The notes below the pieces were generated by a model, which saw nothing but the letters and a program-made list of their open reading frames with translations, was not told the DNA's origin and did not search any database. From contig CAZVSO010000001.1 in assembly GCA_964629425.1 (NCBI GenBank), positions 1-43,895 of the forward strand: a DNA stretch of 43,895 nucleotides, given 5' to 3'. Source of the stretch: an uncultured Gemmatimonadaceae bacterium. GTDB lineage: Bacteria; Gemmatimonadota; Gemmatimonadetes; Gemmatimonadales; GWC2-71-9. Shown piece after piece: positions 1-9,343 of the stretch (position 1 is its first letter; every line of letters starts with the position of its first letter). The translations under genes and the position numbers were made by a program.

Positions 1-3000
1 GGCATCTCCGCCTCGTGGTACGTGTACAGCCCCATCCGGGTGAAGTACCCCTACGTGCGCGGGGCGCTGATGGACCTGTGGCGCGAGGCCCGGTCCACGC
101 ACGCGAACCCGATCGAGGCGTGGGGCTCGATCGTGGAGGACGAGCAGAAGCGGGCCCGCTTCCAGCGCGCGCGTGGCAAGGGCGGGTTCCGCCGCGCCAC
201 GTGGGATGACGTGTTGGAAGTCGTCGCTGCTGCCTGCCTGTACACGGCCAAGCGGTGGGGCCCGGACCGGGTGTTCGGCTTCTCCCCCATCCCGGCCATG
301 TCCTATCTCTCTTATGCCGGCGGGTCCCGGTTCCTGCAGCTGTTCGGCGGCGTGAACATGAGCTTCTACGACTGGTATGCCGACCTGCCCAACGCCTTCC
401 CGGAGGTCTGGGGCGACCAGACCGACGTGTGCGAGAGCGCCGACTGGTACAATTCCAAATACATCATCTCGATGGGCTCGAACCTCAGCATGACGCGCAC
501 GCCCGACGTGCACTTCATCTCCGAAGCGCGGCACGAGGGCACCAAGTTCGTCGTCATCGCCCCGGACTTCAGCCAGGTGGCGAAGTATGCCGACTGGTGG
601 ATCCCCGTCCAAGCCGGCCAGGACACGGCCCTGTGGATGGCCGTGAATCACGTCGTCCTCAAGGAGTTTCACGCCGACCGTCAGGTCCCGTACTTCGTCG
701 ACTACCTCAAGCGCTACACCGACGGCCCCTTCCTGATCACGCTTGAGAAGGACGGGGACGGCTACCGCGCCGGGCGCTTCCTCCGCGCCAATCGCGTGGC
801 CCGCTACCGTGAGGTCGAGAACGGCGATTGGAAGCTGCTCGTCCACGACCAGAAGACCAACCAGCCACGCATGCCGAAGGGCAGCGTCGGATTCCGTTGG
901 GCCCAGGAGAAGGGCAAGTGGAACCTGAAGATGGAGGACGGGCTCGACGACACCCCGATCGATCCAGTGCTGACATTCCTGGGGCAGCACGACGAGGTCG
1001 CCCAGGTGGCGTTCTACGAGTTCGCCCAGGGCAAGACTGCGCGGCGGGGCGTGCCGGTGAAGTACGTGACGACCAGCGATGGCCGCGTTCCGGTGACGAC
1101 TGCGTTCGACTTGCTGATGGCTCAGTTCGGCGTGGGGCGCGGCCTCCCGGGCGACTACCCAACCGGGTACGACGAGGTGGCCCCGTACACCCCGGCCTGG
1201 CAGGAACAGTACACGGGCATCGGCCGGGACACGGTCATCCGTCTGGCGCGCGAGTTCGCCGCCAACGCCGAGGTCACCGAGGGCCGCTCTATGATCATCA
1301 TCGGGGCGAGCATCAATCACTGGTACAACAACAATCTGGCGTACCGCGCGCCGATCACCGCCCTGATCCTGTGCGGCTGCTGCGGGAAGAACGGCGGCGG
1401 CATGAACCATTACGTCGGCCAGGAAAAGCTGACGCTCATCGCCCCGTGGGTCAGCTTGGCCTTCGCCCTGGACTGGGTCAAACCGCCGCGTCGCCAGCAA
1501 ACGCCCACCTGGCACTACGTCAACAGCGACCAGTGGCGCTACGAAGGCGACTTCACCGACTACGCCCCGATCCCGCCGCAGACGCGTTGGGCCAAGGGGC
1601 ACGCGCTGGACCTGGCGGCGATGGCGGTCCGACTGGGCTGGATGCCGTTCTATCCCCAGTTCAACCGGAACCCGCTGGACCTGGTGCGCGAGGCCAAAGC
1701 GGCGGGTGCGAAAACGAACGAGGAGGTCGTCCGCCGGACGGTCGCGGATCTCACGAATGGCAAGACGCGCTTCGCCGTGGACGACCCCGACGCGCCGGAG
1801 AACTGGCCGCGCGTCTGGATCATCTGGCGCGGCAACCCCATCCAGTCGAGCGCCAAGGGGGCCGAGTTCTTCCTACGTCACTATCTGGGCACGCACGACA
1901 ACGCCATCGCCGAGGAGATGGCGAAGGGGAAAGTGAAGACGGTGACGTTCCGGGAACCGGCGCCGCGCGGCAAGATGGACCTGGTGGTGGATCTCAACTT
2001 CCGGATGGACTCCTCGGCACTGTACTCGGACATCGTGCTCCCCGCCGCGTTCTGGTACGAGAAGAACGACCTGAACACGACCGACCTCCATTCCTTCGTG
2101 CATCCGCTGGGAGCGGCCGTGCCACCCGTGTGGGAGTCGAAGACCGACTGGGAGATCTTCAAGGCCTTTGCGAAGAAGGTGAGCGAGCTGGCGCCGTCGG
2201 TCTTCCCGGCGCCGGTCAAGGACCTGGTCGCCATCCCGCTCATGCACGACACGCCCGACGAGCTGGCCCAGACGGAGCCGCGCGACTGGAGGGCGGGCGA
2301 GTGCGAGCCCGTTCCCGGCAAGACGATGCCGCACCTGCATGTCGTGGAACGCGACTACGTCAACCTGTACAAGCGGTTCATCTCGCTGGGCCGGAAGATG
2401 CGCGACGACGGCGTCAGCGGGAACGGCGCCCAGGTCCCGATCCAGTCGTTCTACGACGAGCTGCTGGCGAATCCGGTCGGCGGGACGCCGGACCCGCGGC
2501 GCGTGCGCTGCGTGGAGTGGGGCGGGCAGAAGTACCCGAGCGTGGAGGACGCGCTGGACGCCGCGAACGTGGTCCTCGCGCTCGCGCCGGAAACGAACGG
2601 CGAGGTGGCCTACGCGGCGTTCAAGCACGAAGAGGAGCGCGTGGGGCTCCCGCTCGCCGACCTGGCGGAGGCGGACCGCGGGGTCCGGATGACGTTCCAC
2701 GATCTCACCCGCCAGGTGCGCCGCACCCTCAACAGCCCCTGCTGGACGGGGATCACGAATAACGGGCGGCCGTACGCCGCGTGGTGTCTCAACGTGGAGC
2801 GGCTCGTCCCCTGGCGCACCCTGGCCGGACGCCAGCACCTCTACATCGACCATCCGTACTACCTGGATTTCGGGGAGCACCTGCCGACCTACAAGCCCAA
2901 GCTCGACCCCCGGAAGACGCGCGACATCGTGCGGAGCCAGGTGGACGATCAGTGCCTCGTGCTCAACTACATCACGCCGCACGGCAAGTGGAACATTCAC

Positions 3001-3411
3001 TCGACGTATAAGGACAACCTCCGCATGCTCACCTTGTCGCGCGGCATGGATCCGATCTGGATCAACGACAAGGAGGCGGAAAAGATCGGGCTGCAGGACA
3101 ACGACTGGGTGGAGGTCTACAACGACAACGGGGTGGTGGTGACCCGCGTCGCCGTCAGCGCCCGGGTCCAGCCGGGGACGTGCCTCTACTACCACGCGGT
3201 CGAGCGGACCATCTACATCCCCAAGTCGCAGGTGCGGGGCGGGAAGCGCGCCGGCGGACACAACAGCCTGACCCGTACGCGCATCAACCCGGTGGAATTG
3301 GCGGGCGGCTACGCCCAGTTCACCTACGGCTTCAACTACTGGGGGCCGATCGGCGTCTTCACGCGCGACACCTACGCGGTAGTACGCAAGCTGGAAAAGC
3401 TGGAATGGTGA
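1..3411 (+). CDS. narG: Respiratory nitrate reductase alpha subunit NarG (5' end outside window)
   Basis: Frame is open from base 1 (track ORF 22..3411). The translation resembles NarG along its whole length ([77 protein letters not shown]). It is followed by narH, narJ and narI in canonical order. Confidence 0.97.
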   Translation, partial: GISASWYVYSPIRVKYPYVRGALMDLWREARSTHANPIEAWGSIVEDEQKRARFQRARGKGGFRRATWDDVLEVVAAACLYTAKRWGPDRVFGFSPIPAMSYLSYAGGSRFLQLFGGVNMSFYDWYADLPNAFPEVWGDQTDVCESADWYNSKYIISMGSNLSMTRTPDVHFISEARHEGTKFVVIAPDFSQVAKYADWWIPVQAGQDTALWMAVNHVVLKEFHADRQVPYFVDYLKRYTDGPFLITLEKDGDGYRAGRFLRANRVARYREVENGDWKLLVHDQKTNQPRMPKGSVGFRWAQEKGKWNLKMEDGLDDTPIDPVLTFLGQHDEVAQVAFYEFAQGKTARRGVPVKYVTTSDGRVPVTTAFDLLMAQFGVGRGLPGDYPTGYDEVAPYTPAWQEQYTGIGRDTVIRLAREFAANAEVTEGRSMIIIGASINHWYNNNLAYRAPITALILCGCCGKNGGGMNHYVGQEKLTLIAPWVSLAFALDWVKPPRRQQTPTWHYVNSDQWRYEGDFTDYAPIPPQTRWAKGHALDLAAMAVRLGWMPFYPQFNRNPLDLVREAKAAGAKTNEEVVRRTVADLTNGKTRFAVDDPDAPENWPRVWIIWRGNPIQSSAKGAEFFLRHYLGTHDNAIAEEMAKGKVKTVTFREPAPRGKMDLVVDLNFRMDSSALYSDIVLPAAFWYEKNDLNTTDLHSFVHPLGAAVPPVWESKTDWEIFKAFAKKVSELAPSVFPAPVKDLVAIPLMHDTPDELAQTEPRDWRAGECEPVPGKTMPHLHVVERDYVNLYKRFISLGRKMRDDGVSGNGAQVPIQSFYDELLANPVGGTPDPRRVRCVEWGGQKYPSVEDALDAANVVLALAPETNGEVAYAAFKHEEERVGLPLADLAEADRGVRMTFHDLTRQVRRTLNSPCWTGITNNGRPYAAWCLNVERLVPWRTLAGRQHLYIDHPYYLDFGEHLPTYKPKLDPRKTRDIVRSQVDDQCLVLNYITPHGKWNIHSTYKDNLRMLTLSRGMDPIWINDKEAEKIGLQDNDWVEVYNDNGVVVTRVAVSARVQPGTCLYYHAVERTIYIPKSQVRGGKRAGGHNSLTRTRINPVELAGGYAQFTYGFNYWGPIGVFTRDTYAVVRKLEKLEW

Positions 3412-3416
3412 ATAGG

Positions 3417-3451
3417 AGCCGTCAGCCGTCAGCCCTCAGCAGTCAGCTGAT
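3417..3451. repeat. Heptanucleotide tandem array (AGCCGTC)2 plus three degenerate units in the narG-narH spacer
   Basis: AGCCGTC AGCCGTC AGCCCTC AGCAGTC AGCTGAT, read directly. Confidence 0.8.
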
Positions 3452-3469
3452 GGCTCACAGGAGAACGAC

Positions 3470-4978
3470 ATGAACATCCGCGCGCAAGTGTCAATGGTCT
3501 TCCACCTGGACAAGTGCATCGGGTGCCACACCTGCAGCGTGTCGTGCAAGAACATCTGGACCGACCGCAAGGGCACTGAGTACATGTGGTGGAACAACGT
3601 GGAGACCAAGCCCGGCACCGGGTATCCCACGCTGTGGGAGGACCAGGAGAAGTACAAGGGCGGCTGGGAGCAGCAGGGGGACGAGCTGCGCCTCAAGCTG
3701 CACGGCCGCTTGGGCGGCCTGGCCAACATCTTCCACAACCCGTACTTGCCCACGGTCGACGACTACTACGAGCCGTGGACGTACGACTACAAGAATCTTT
3801 TCACCGCTCCCGAGGGCGACGACCAGCCGACCGCGCGCGCCATCTCGATGATCTCCGGCAAGCACATGGAGATCGAGGCCGGGCCCAACTGGGACGACGA
3901 CCTGGGTGGCTCACCTGTCTACGCCCGCAACGACCCGAACCTGGAGGGCCTGAGCGTGGCTGAGCGGGAGCAGATGAACGAGCTGGAGCGGGTGGCGTTC
4001 TTCTACCTGCCGCGCATTTGCAACCACTGCCTGAATCCCGGCTGCGTCGCGGCCTGCCCGGCCGGCGCCATCTACAAGCGCGGTGAGGACGGCATCGTGC
4101 TCGTCAGCCAAGAGAAGTGCCGCGCCTGGCGGATGTGCATCTCCGGCTGCCCGTACAAGAAGGTCTACTACAACTGGACGACCGGGAAGTCGGAGAAGTG
4201 CATCCTCTGCTTCCCGCGCCTGGAGAGCGGCCAGGCGCCGGCCTGCTTCCACTCCTGCGTGGGGCGCATCCGCTACTTGGGCATCCTGCTGTACGACGCC
4301 GACCGGCTTGAAGAGACCGCTAAGGCCGCCGACGCCCGGCTCGTGGACGCCCAGCGGGCCATCATCCAGGACCCCTTCGACCCGCAGGTGATCGCCGCGG
4401 CCAAAGCGAACGGTCTCTCCGACGCGATGATCGACTCGGCGCAGCAGTCGCCCGTGTACAAGTTCGTCAAGAAGTGGAATCTCGCGCTGCCGCTTCATCC
4501 CGAGTTCCGTACCCTGCCGATGCTGTTCTACGTGCCGCCGATGTTGCCTGTGCTCGCCGTCACGAAGGACGGGCGCTACGATGTCGCGGGTGCGGGTGAC
4601 GGCGGGCTCGCCCCGCTCCTCAGCTCGCTCGAGCGGGCGCGGATGCCGCTGCGTTACATGGCTAACCTGTTCGCGGCGGGAAACGAAGAGATGGTCGCGG
4701 CCGTGTACCGCAAGCTCATCGCGGTGCGCATCTTCATGCGCGCCCAGACGGTGAAGGACGTGTCCGCGGCGGAGGCGCAGCTCGCCCTGGGCGTGGGCGA
4801 CACCAACGCGGAGGAGGCCGAGGCCATTTTCCGCCTGACCTCGCTGCCGACGTTCGAGGAGCGCTTCGTCATCCCGCCGCTCGCGCGCGAGATGGCGATC
4901 GAGGGGACGCTGGATCCCTACACCCACAAGCGCGAGGCGGGATTCGGCTCGCGGCAGCCCGCCGAGCGGAGGTGGTGA
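3470..4978 (+). CDS. narH: Respiratory nitrate reductase beta subunit NarH (Fe-S subunit)
   Basis: 502 aa with ferredoxin-type Cys clusters (CIGCHTCSVSC, CNHCLNPGCVAACP, CRAWRMCISGCP, CILCFPR). AGGAGA Shine-Dalgarno 6 nt upstream of the ATG. Position is directly after narG. Confidence 0.97.
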   Translation: MNIRAQVSMVFHLDKCIGCHTCSVSCKNIWTDRKGTEYMWWNNVETKPGTGYPTLWEDQEKYKGGWEQQGDELRLKLHGRLGGLANIFHNPYLPTVDDYYEPWTYDYKNLFTAPEGDDQPTARAISMISGKHMEIEAGPNWDDDLGGSPVYARNDPNLEGLSVAEREQMNELERVAFFYLPRICNHCLNPGCVAACPAGAIYKRGEDGIVLVSQEKCRAWRMCISGCPYKKVYYNWTTGKSEKCILCFPRLESGQAPACFHSCVGRIRYLGILLYDADRLEETAKAADARLVDAQRAIIQDPFDPQVIAAAKANGLSDAMIDSAQQSPVYKFVKKWNLALPLHPEFRTLPMLFYVPPMLPVLAVTKDGRYDVAGAGDGGLAPLLSSLERARMPLRYMANLFAAGNEEMVAAVYRKLIAVRIFMRAQTVKDVSAAEAQLALGVGDTNAEEAEAIFRLTSLPTFEERFVIPPLAREMAIEGTLDPYTHKREAGFGSRQPAERRW

Positions 4979-4980
4979 CC

Positions 4981-5607
4981 ATGTTCCGCCTGTTCGCCGA
5001 GTTGCTGGAGTATCCCGGCCCGGGCGTCCGGGAGGCTGCGCGGGCGTGCGAGGCCCTGGCGTCGCAGGAGGATACCGAGGCCGCCGCGCTGCTCGCCCGG
5101 TTTCGCGCGTTTGTCGAGAACACGCCACCGGAACGCGTGGAAGAGGTCTACAGCGCCACATTCGACCTCGACGCCAGCTGCCATCCGTACGTGGGCTACC
5201 ACCTGTTCGGGGAGACGTACAAGCGCAGCGTCTTCCTGGTCGAGCTCAAGCAGCGCTACAAGGCGGCGGGCCTCGACAGCGGCCGGGAGCTCCCAGACCA
5301 CCTGGCGCTCGTGCTGCGGTTCGCCGGCGCGCAGACCGACCCCACCGCGGTGGCGGAGCTCGTGCACGAGGCCCTGCTGCCCGCCCTGGATCGCATGACG
5401 GGCCGAGCCCGCTCCGCCGGCTATGACCAGGACGAGTCGCCGCCGGCCGAGCAGGGCGCGGAACCGGTGGGACCCTACTGCGACGAGTCGCCGCCGGCCG
5501 AACAGGGTGCGGAACGGGATGGACCCTACCGCGCGCTGCTCGAGGCGTTGCGGCTCGTGTTGCAGCGGATCCCCGTCGCTCCGTCGCCGGCCGTGATCGA
5601 GTCCTAA
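4981..5607 (+). CDS. narJ: Nitrate reductase molybdenum cofactor assembly chaperone NarJ
   Basis: Located between narH and narI, with NarJ-like N-terminal region (FAELLEYP..., YSATFDL, HLFGE) and matching size. ATG 4981 is preceded by GAGGTGG; the alternative GTG 4972 overlaps the narH stop. Confidence 0.85.
   Translation: MFRLFAELLEYPGPGVREAARACEALASQEDTEAAALLARFRAFVENTPPERVEEVYSATFDLDASCHPYVGYHLFGETYKRSVFLVELKQRYKAAGLDSGRELPDHLALVLRFAGAQTDPTAVAELVHEALLPALDRMTGRARSAGYDQDESPPAEQGAEPVGPYCDESPPAEQGAERDGPYRALLEALRLVLQRIPVAPSPAVIES
5431..5532 (+). repeat. In-frame 51-bp tandem duplication inside narJ
   Basis: Unit 1 (5431-5481) and unit 2 (5482-5532) differ at about 6 positions. They encode DESPPAEQGAEPVGPYC and DESPPAEQGAERDGPYR. 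Confidence 0.9.
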
Positions 5608-5625
5608 TCGGGGGAGGGCGTCACC

Positions 5626-6312
5626 ATGGATAGCGTGCTCTTCGTGGCCTTTCCCTACGTCGCCGTCGTCCTGGCCGTCCTGGTCGGGATCTATCGCTAC
5701 CGGCGCGATCGCTTCTCGTATTCGAGCCAATCCTCACAGTTCCTGGAAAACCGGGCGCTGTTCTGGGGCTCGGTGGCCTGGCACTATGGCATCTTGATCA
5801 TTTTGCTGGCCCACCTGCTTCCGCTCCTGTTCCCCGACGCCTGGGCGGCGCTGATCACCAAGCCGGTGCGGCTCTACGTGCTGGAGGTGACGGGGCTGGC
5901 CCTCGCGGTGTGGGCGGGGGCCGGGCTTGCGGTCTTGATCGTGCGCCGCCTGGGGAGCCCCCGCCTCGCCCCGGTCACCACGACCATGGACTGGGTGCTC
6001 CTCGCCGTTCTTCTCCTGCAGGTCACCCTGGGCTTCTGGGTGGCGCTGGTGTACCGCTGGGGCTCGGACTGGTACCTCCATACCGCGGTCCCGTGGCTGG
6101 TCTCGCTCGCCAAGCTGCAGCCCGAGATCCAGTCCGTGACCGCTCTCCCCGCGGTGGTGAAGCTGCACATGCTGGGCGGGTTCTTCGTCGTCCTGCTGTT
6201 CCCGTTCACGCGGCTGGTGCATCTCGTGACCGTGCCGATCACCTACCTGTGGCGGCCGTATCAAGTGGTCATCTGGAACCGGCGCCCGCGCCAGGCCTGG
6301 GGGCGGCAATGA
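5626..6312 (+). CDS. narI: Respiratory nitrate reductase gamma subunit NarI (membrane cytochrome b)
   Basis: 228 aa polytopic membrane protein with conserved His in helices (WHYGIL, LHMLGG, RLVH). Fourth position of the narGHJI operon. Confidence 0.93.
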   Translation: MDSVLFVAFPYVAVVLAVLVGIYRYRRDRFSYSSQSSQFLENRALFWGSVAWHYGILIILLAHLLPLLFPDAWAALITKPVRLYVLEVTGLALAVWAGAGLAVLIVRRLGSPRLAPVTTTMDWVLLAVLLLQVTLGFWVALVYRWGSDWYLHTAVPWLVSLAKLQPEIQSVTALPAVVKLHMLGGFFVVLLFPFTRLVHLVTVPITYLWRPYQVVIWNRRPRQAWGRQ

Positions 6313-6331
6313 CCGGAGACGAGCCCGCGCC

Positions 6332-7996
6332 ATGACCACGCGGGCGAAAGCCATCAGCGTCCTCGCGGCCAACACGGCGGCGTTCATGGTCTGCTTCGCC
6401 GTGTGGATGATGTACGGGGTGCTGGTGACCTTCCTGGTCGACCAGCAGGTGTTCGCCTTCACCAAGGCCCAAATGGGGTGGCTCATCGGCATACCGGTGC
6501 TGACGGGCTCGCTGTTCCGCCTGCCGGCCGGGATGCTCACGGATCGCTACGGCGGCCGCCCCGTCTTTGTGGCGATCATGCTGCTCGCCGCCCTGGCGGC
6601 GTACCTGACCAGCTTCGCCGGCGACTTCTGGGGCTTCATGCTGGGAGGCCTCGGGTTCGGGCTCGCCGGAGCGTCTTTTGCCGTGGGCATCGCCTACACG
6701 TCAGTCTGGTTCCCGCCGAACCAGCAAGGCACGGCACTCGGGCTGTTCGGTGTGGGAAACACGGGCGCGGCGCTGACGGCGATCGTGTCGCCTCAGCTGC
6801 TCGCCGTGCTGACCCGCGGGGGCACGGAGCTGGACCGGTGGCGCATGCTCCCACGAGTGTACGCCGGCGCGCTGGTGGTGACGGCGGTGCTCTTCTGGCT
6901 GTTCACGTATCCGAGGAAGCCTGCCGAGGCGGTCCAGCGCACGGTGCTCGAGCGGCTGGAGCCGCTGCGGTCGGTCCGGGTGTGGCGGTTCGGGCTGTAC
7001 TACTTCCTCGTGTTCGGTGGGTTCGTCGCCCTCGCCCAGTGGCTCATCCCTTATTACGTGAACGTGTACGCGCTGAGCGTGGTCGCCGCGGGGCTGCTCT
7101 CGTCGCTCTTCTCCCTGCCGTCGGGCCTGTTCCGGGCGTTGGGGGGCTGGATGTCGGACCGGTTCGGGGCGCGCGCCGTGATGTACTGGGTGCTCGGCGG
7201 TGCGACCGCCGTGTGCCTGCTGCTCGCGGTGCCGCGGATGGACATCCACTCGCCCGGGCAGGGCGTGATGGCCGCGCGCGCGGGGCAGGTCACCGCGGTA
7301 TCGGAGGACGCCGTCGACGTGGGCGGCACCCGCTATCCGCTCCGCCGGCGGGAACCCGGAAGCCCGCGGGAGGAGGGCATGCTCGTGTTGCCGACCACGG
7401 CGTCGTGGCAGGAGTCGGTGGTGCGGCCCGGTGACGTGGTGGCCAAGCGCCAGCTGCTGGCCCGCGGCGTCACCCGCGTGTACTTCCAGGCCAACATGGG
7501 GGTGTTCACCGGGCTGGTCTTCGTCCTCGCCGCCGCCCTGGGGATCGGGATGGCTGCGGTCTTCAAGCACATCCCGACCTACTTCCCCCGGGACGTCGGC
7601 ACGGTGGGTGGGGTCGTGGGCGTGATCGGTGGGCTGGGCGGCTTCGCCGGCCCCATCCTGTTCGGCTACCTGCTCCAGTGGACGGGAATCTGGACCACCA
7701 ACTGGATGCTCCTGTTCGCGCTGTCGCTGGTCTGCCTGGTGTGGATGCACGTCGTCGTACGCCGCATGCTCAACGTGCGCGCCGCCGAGGTGGCGAGGCA
7801 GTTCGACGAAAAGGGGACGCCGATTCCCCTCGCGCTCCGGGTGCTCTGCCCCGTGCACGCCGTGGAGGCGCAGGTGCGGGTGTTCGTGACCCCGGGGAGC
7901 GAGCGAGTTGGGCTGGGCGAATGCTCGCTCCGCCCGGGGGAGGGCGGCCGACCGGGATGCGAGGGGCAGTGCGTAGTGGTGGCCGGGGAGGAGTAG
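6332..7996 (+). CDS. narK: NarK/NasA-type MFS nitrate/nitrite transporter with a large internal insertion and a Cys-containing C-terminal tail
   Basis: N-terminal half is typical NNP-family MFS (GWLIGIPVLTGSLFRLPAGMLTDRYGGRP, GLFGVGNTGAA). It lies directly downstream of narI. An ~85 aa non-membrane insert and a ~70 aa tail are atypical. Confidence 0.88.
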   Translation: MTTRAKAISVLAANTAAFMVCFAVWMMYGVLVTFLVDQQVFAFTKAQMGWLIGIPVLTGSLFRLPAGMLTDRYGGRPVFVAIMLLAALAAYLTSFAGDFWGFMLGGLGFGLAGASFAVGIAYTSVWFPPNQQGTALGLFGVGNTGAALTAIVSPQLLAVLTRGGTELDRWRMLPRVYAGALVVTAVLFWLFTYPRKPAEAVQRTVLERLEPLRSVRVWRFGLYYFLVFGGFVALAQWLIPYYVNVYALSVVAAGLLSSLFSLPSGLFRALGGWMSDRFGARAVMYWVLGGATAVCLLLAVPRMDIHSPGQGVMAARAGQVTAVSEDAVDVGGTRYPLRRREPGSPREEGMLVLPTTASWQESVVRPGDVVAKRQLLARGVTRVYFQANMGVFTGLVFVLAAALGIGMAAVFKHIPTYFPRDVGTVGGVVGVIGGLGGFAGPILFGYLLQWTGIWTTNWMLLFALSLVCLVWMHVVVRRMLNVRAAEVARQFDEKGTPIPLALRVLCPVHAVEAQVRVFVTPGSERVGLGECSLRPGEGGRPGCEGQCVVVAGEE

Positions 7997-8200
7997 CTAA
8001 TCCACGTCCGGGTGCACGTCACCGTCGACATCCCCTCGTGCAGCGGATCGCGCTGCTCTCCTGACGCTGTGTGCGACGCGTCTCGTCGGGGCGTACGTGC
8101 AAGCCGCCGAGTTGGAGCTCACGGGCGCAGTGCGGGGTGCGCGGGGAGTTCGACAAGCGGACTTCCGGCACCGCGGCGCCACCACTGCTGGGAGGACGAC

Positions 8201-8539
8201 ATGACTGAACCGGATGCTGCACGGGCCGTCCAACCGCCGGAGTCCTTTCGCGAGTTCGCGCGGAGGTTTCCGGAGGTCGTCGAGGCCTACGAGCGGCTGG
8301 GCGAACAGATTCGCCGCGCGGGGCCCTTGTCGCCGCGGGAGGTGGCGCTCGTGAAACTCGCTATCTCGGTCGGCGCGCGGATGGAAGGCGCCACGCACGC
8401 CCACGCCAGGAAGGCGCGCGCGCAGGGCGTGGAGCCCGCCGCCATCGAGCACGTGGCTCTCCTCTCGTGTCCCACCATCGGGTTCCCGAACATGATGAGC
8501 GCTCTCGGGTGGGTACGGGACGTCTTGGAAGAAGCGTGA
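8201..8539 (+). CDS. Carboxymuconolactone decarboxylase (AhpD-like) family protein
   Basis: The last 112 aa of track ORF 8012..8539 read like a CMD domain (REVALVKLAISVGARMEGATHAHARKARAQG...EHVALL). ATG 8201 is preceded by GGGAGG; the upstream part of the ORF is Arg/Ser-rich junk. Confidence 0.7.
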   Translation: MTEPDAARAVQPPESFREFARRFPEVVEAYERLGEQIRRAGPLSPREVALVKLAISVGARMEGATHAHARKARAQGVEPAAIEHVALLSCPTIGFPNMMSALGWVRDVLEEA

Positions 8540-8564
8540 CGCAGACCGGCACGCACCTCCGGCG

Positions 8565-9341
8565 ATGACGGGTTGGTTCGCCGCGCTCTCGCCCGTCGCC
8601 CAGGGTGGCCTGGCCGCGCTCGGCACCTGGTTCCTCACGGCCGCGGGCTCGGTGCCCGTGCTGTTCCTGCGCCAGGTGCCGCGCCGCTTCATGGACGCGG
8701 CGATGGGCGTGGCCGCGGGCGTGATGGTCGCGGCCTCCTGCTGGTCGCTCCTGGTGCCCGCCATCGCGCGCGGTGGGGTGTGGCGGGCCGTGGCGGGGCT
8801 GGTCGCCGGCGCCGCCATGCTCTACTTCCTGGATCAGCTTCTCCCGCATCTCCATCCGGAGTTCCCCGACGAGGCGCGGCGCGAGGGGCCGGCACGGGCC
8901 TGGCGCCGCTCGGCGCTGCTCATGATGGCGATCACGCTGCACAACTTCCCGGAAGGGCTGGCCGTTGGGGTGGCCTACGGCGCGGGGGACGTCGGGGTCG
9001 CCACGGCCCTGGCGCTCGGCATCGGCCTGCAGAACTTGCCCGAGGGCCTGGCAGTGGCGCTGCCGCTGCGGCGCGACGGCATGGGCCGGTGGAAAGCGCT
9101 GTGGTACGGGCAGCTGACCGCGGTCGTCGAGCCGTTTGCGGCCGTCCTAGGCGCCGCCGTGGTGACGCGGATGGCCGGACTCCTGCCCTACGGCATGGCG
9201 CTCGCCGCCGGGGCCATGCTCTACGTCGTGGTGGAGGAGCTGATCCCGGAGACCGAGCGTAGCGGCAACATCGACGTCGCCACGATCGGCTTCATCGCGG
9301 GGTTCGCCGTGATGATGGCGCTGGACAACCTGTTCACCTGA
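8565..9341 (+). CDS. ZIP family divalent metal (zinc/iron) transporter
   Basis: Polytopic membrane protein with ZIP signature helices HNFPEGLAVG and GLQNLPEGLAVALP. Confidence 0.88.
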   Translation: MTGWFAALSPVAQGGLAALGTWFLTAAGSVPVLFLRQVPRRFMDAAMGVAAGVMVAASCWSLLVPAIARGGVWRAVAGLVAGAAMLYFLDQLLPHLHPEFPDEARREGPARAWRRSALLMMAITLHNFPEGLAVGVAYGAGDVGVATALALGIGLQNLPEGLAVALPLRRDGMGRWKALWYGQLTAVVEPFAAVLGAAVVTRMAGLLPYGMALAAGAMLYVVVEELIPETERSGNIDVATIGFIAGFAVMMALDNLFT

Positions 9342-9343
9342 AC

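Noticed and set aside
828-3261. Long alternative-frame and antisense ORFs inside narG (828..2762 +, 1873..3261 -, and others)
   Set aside because: These are Arg/Pro/Gly-rich low-complexity translations typical of shadow frames in very GC-rich DNA. They are fully overlapped by an unambiguous NarG reading frame.
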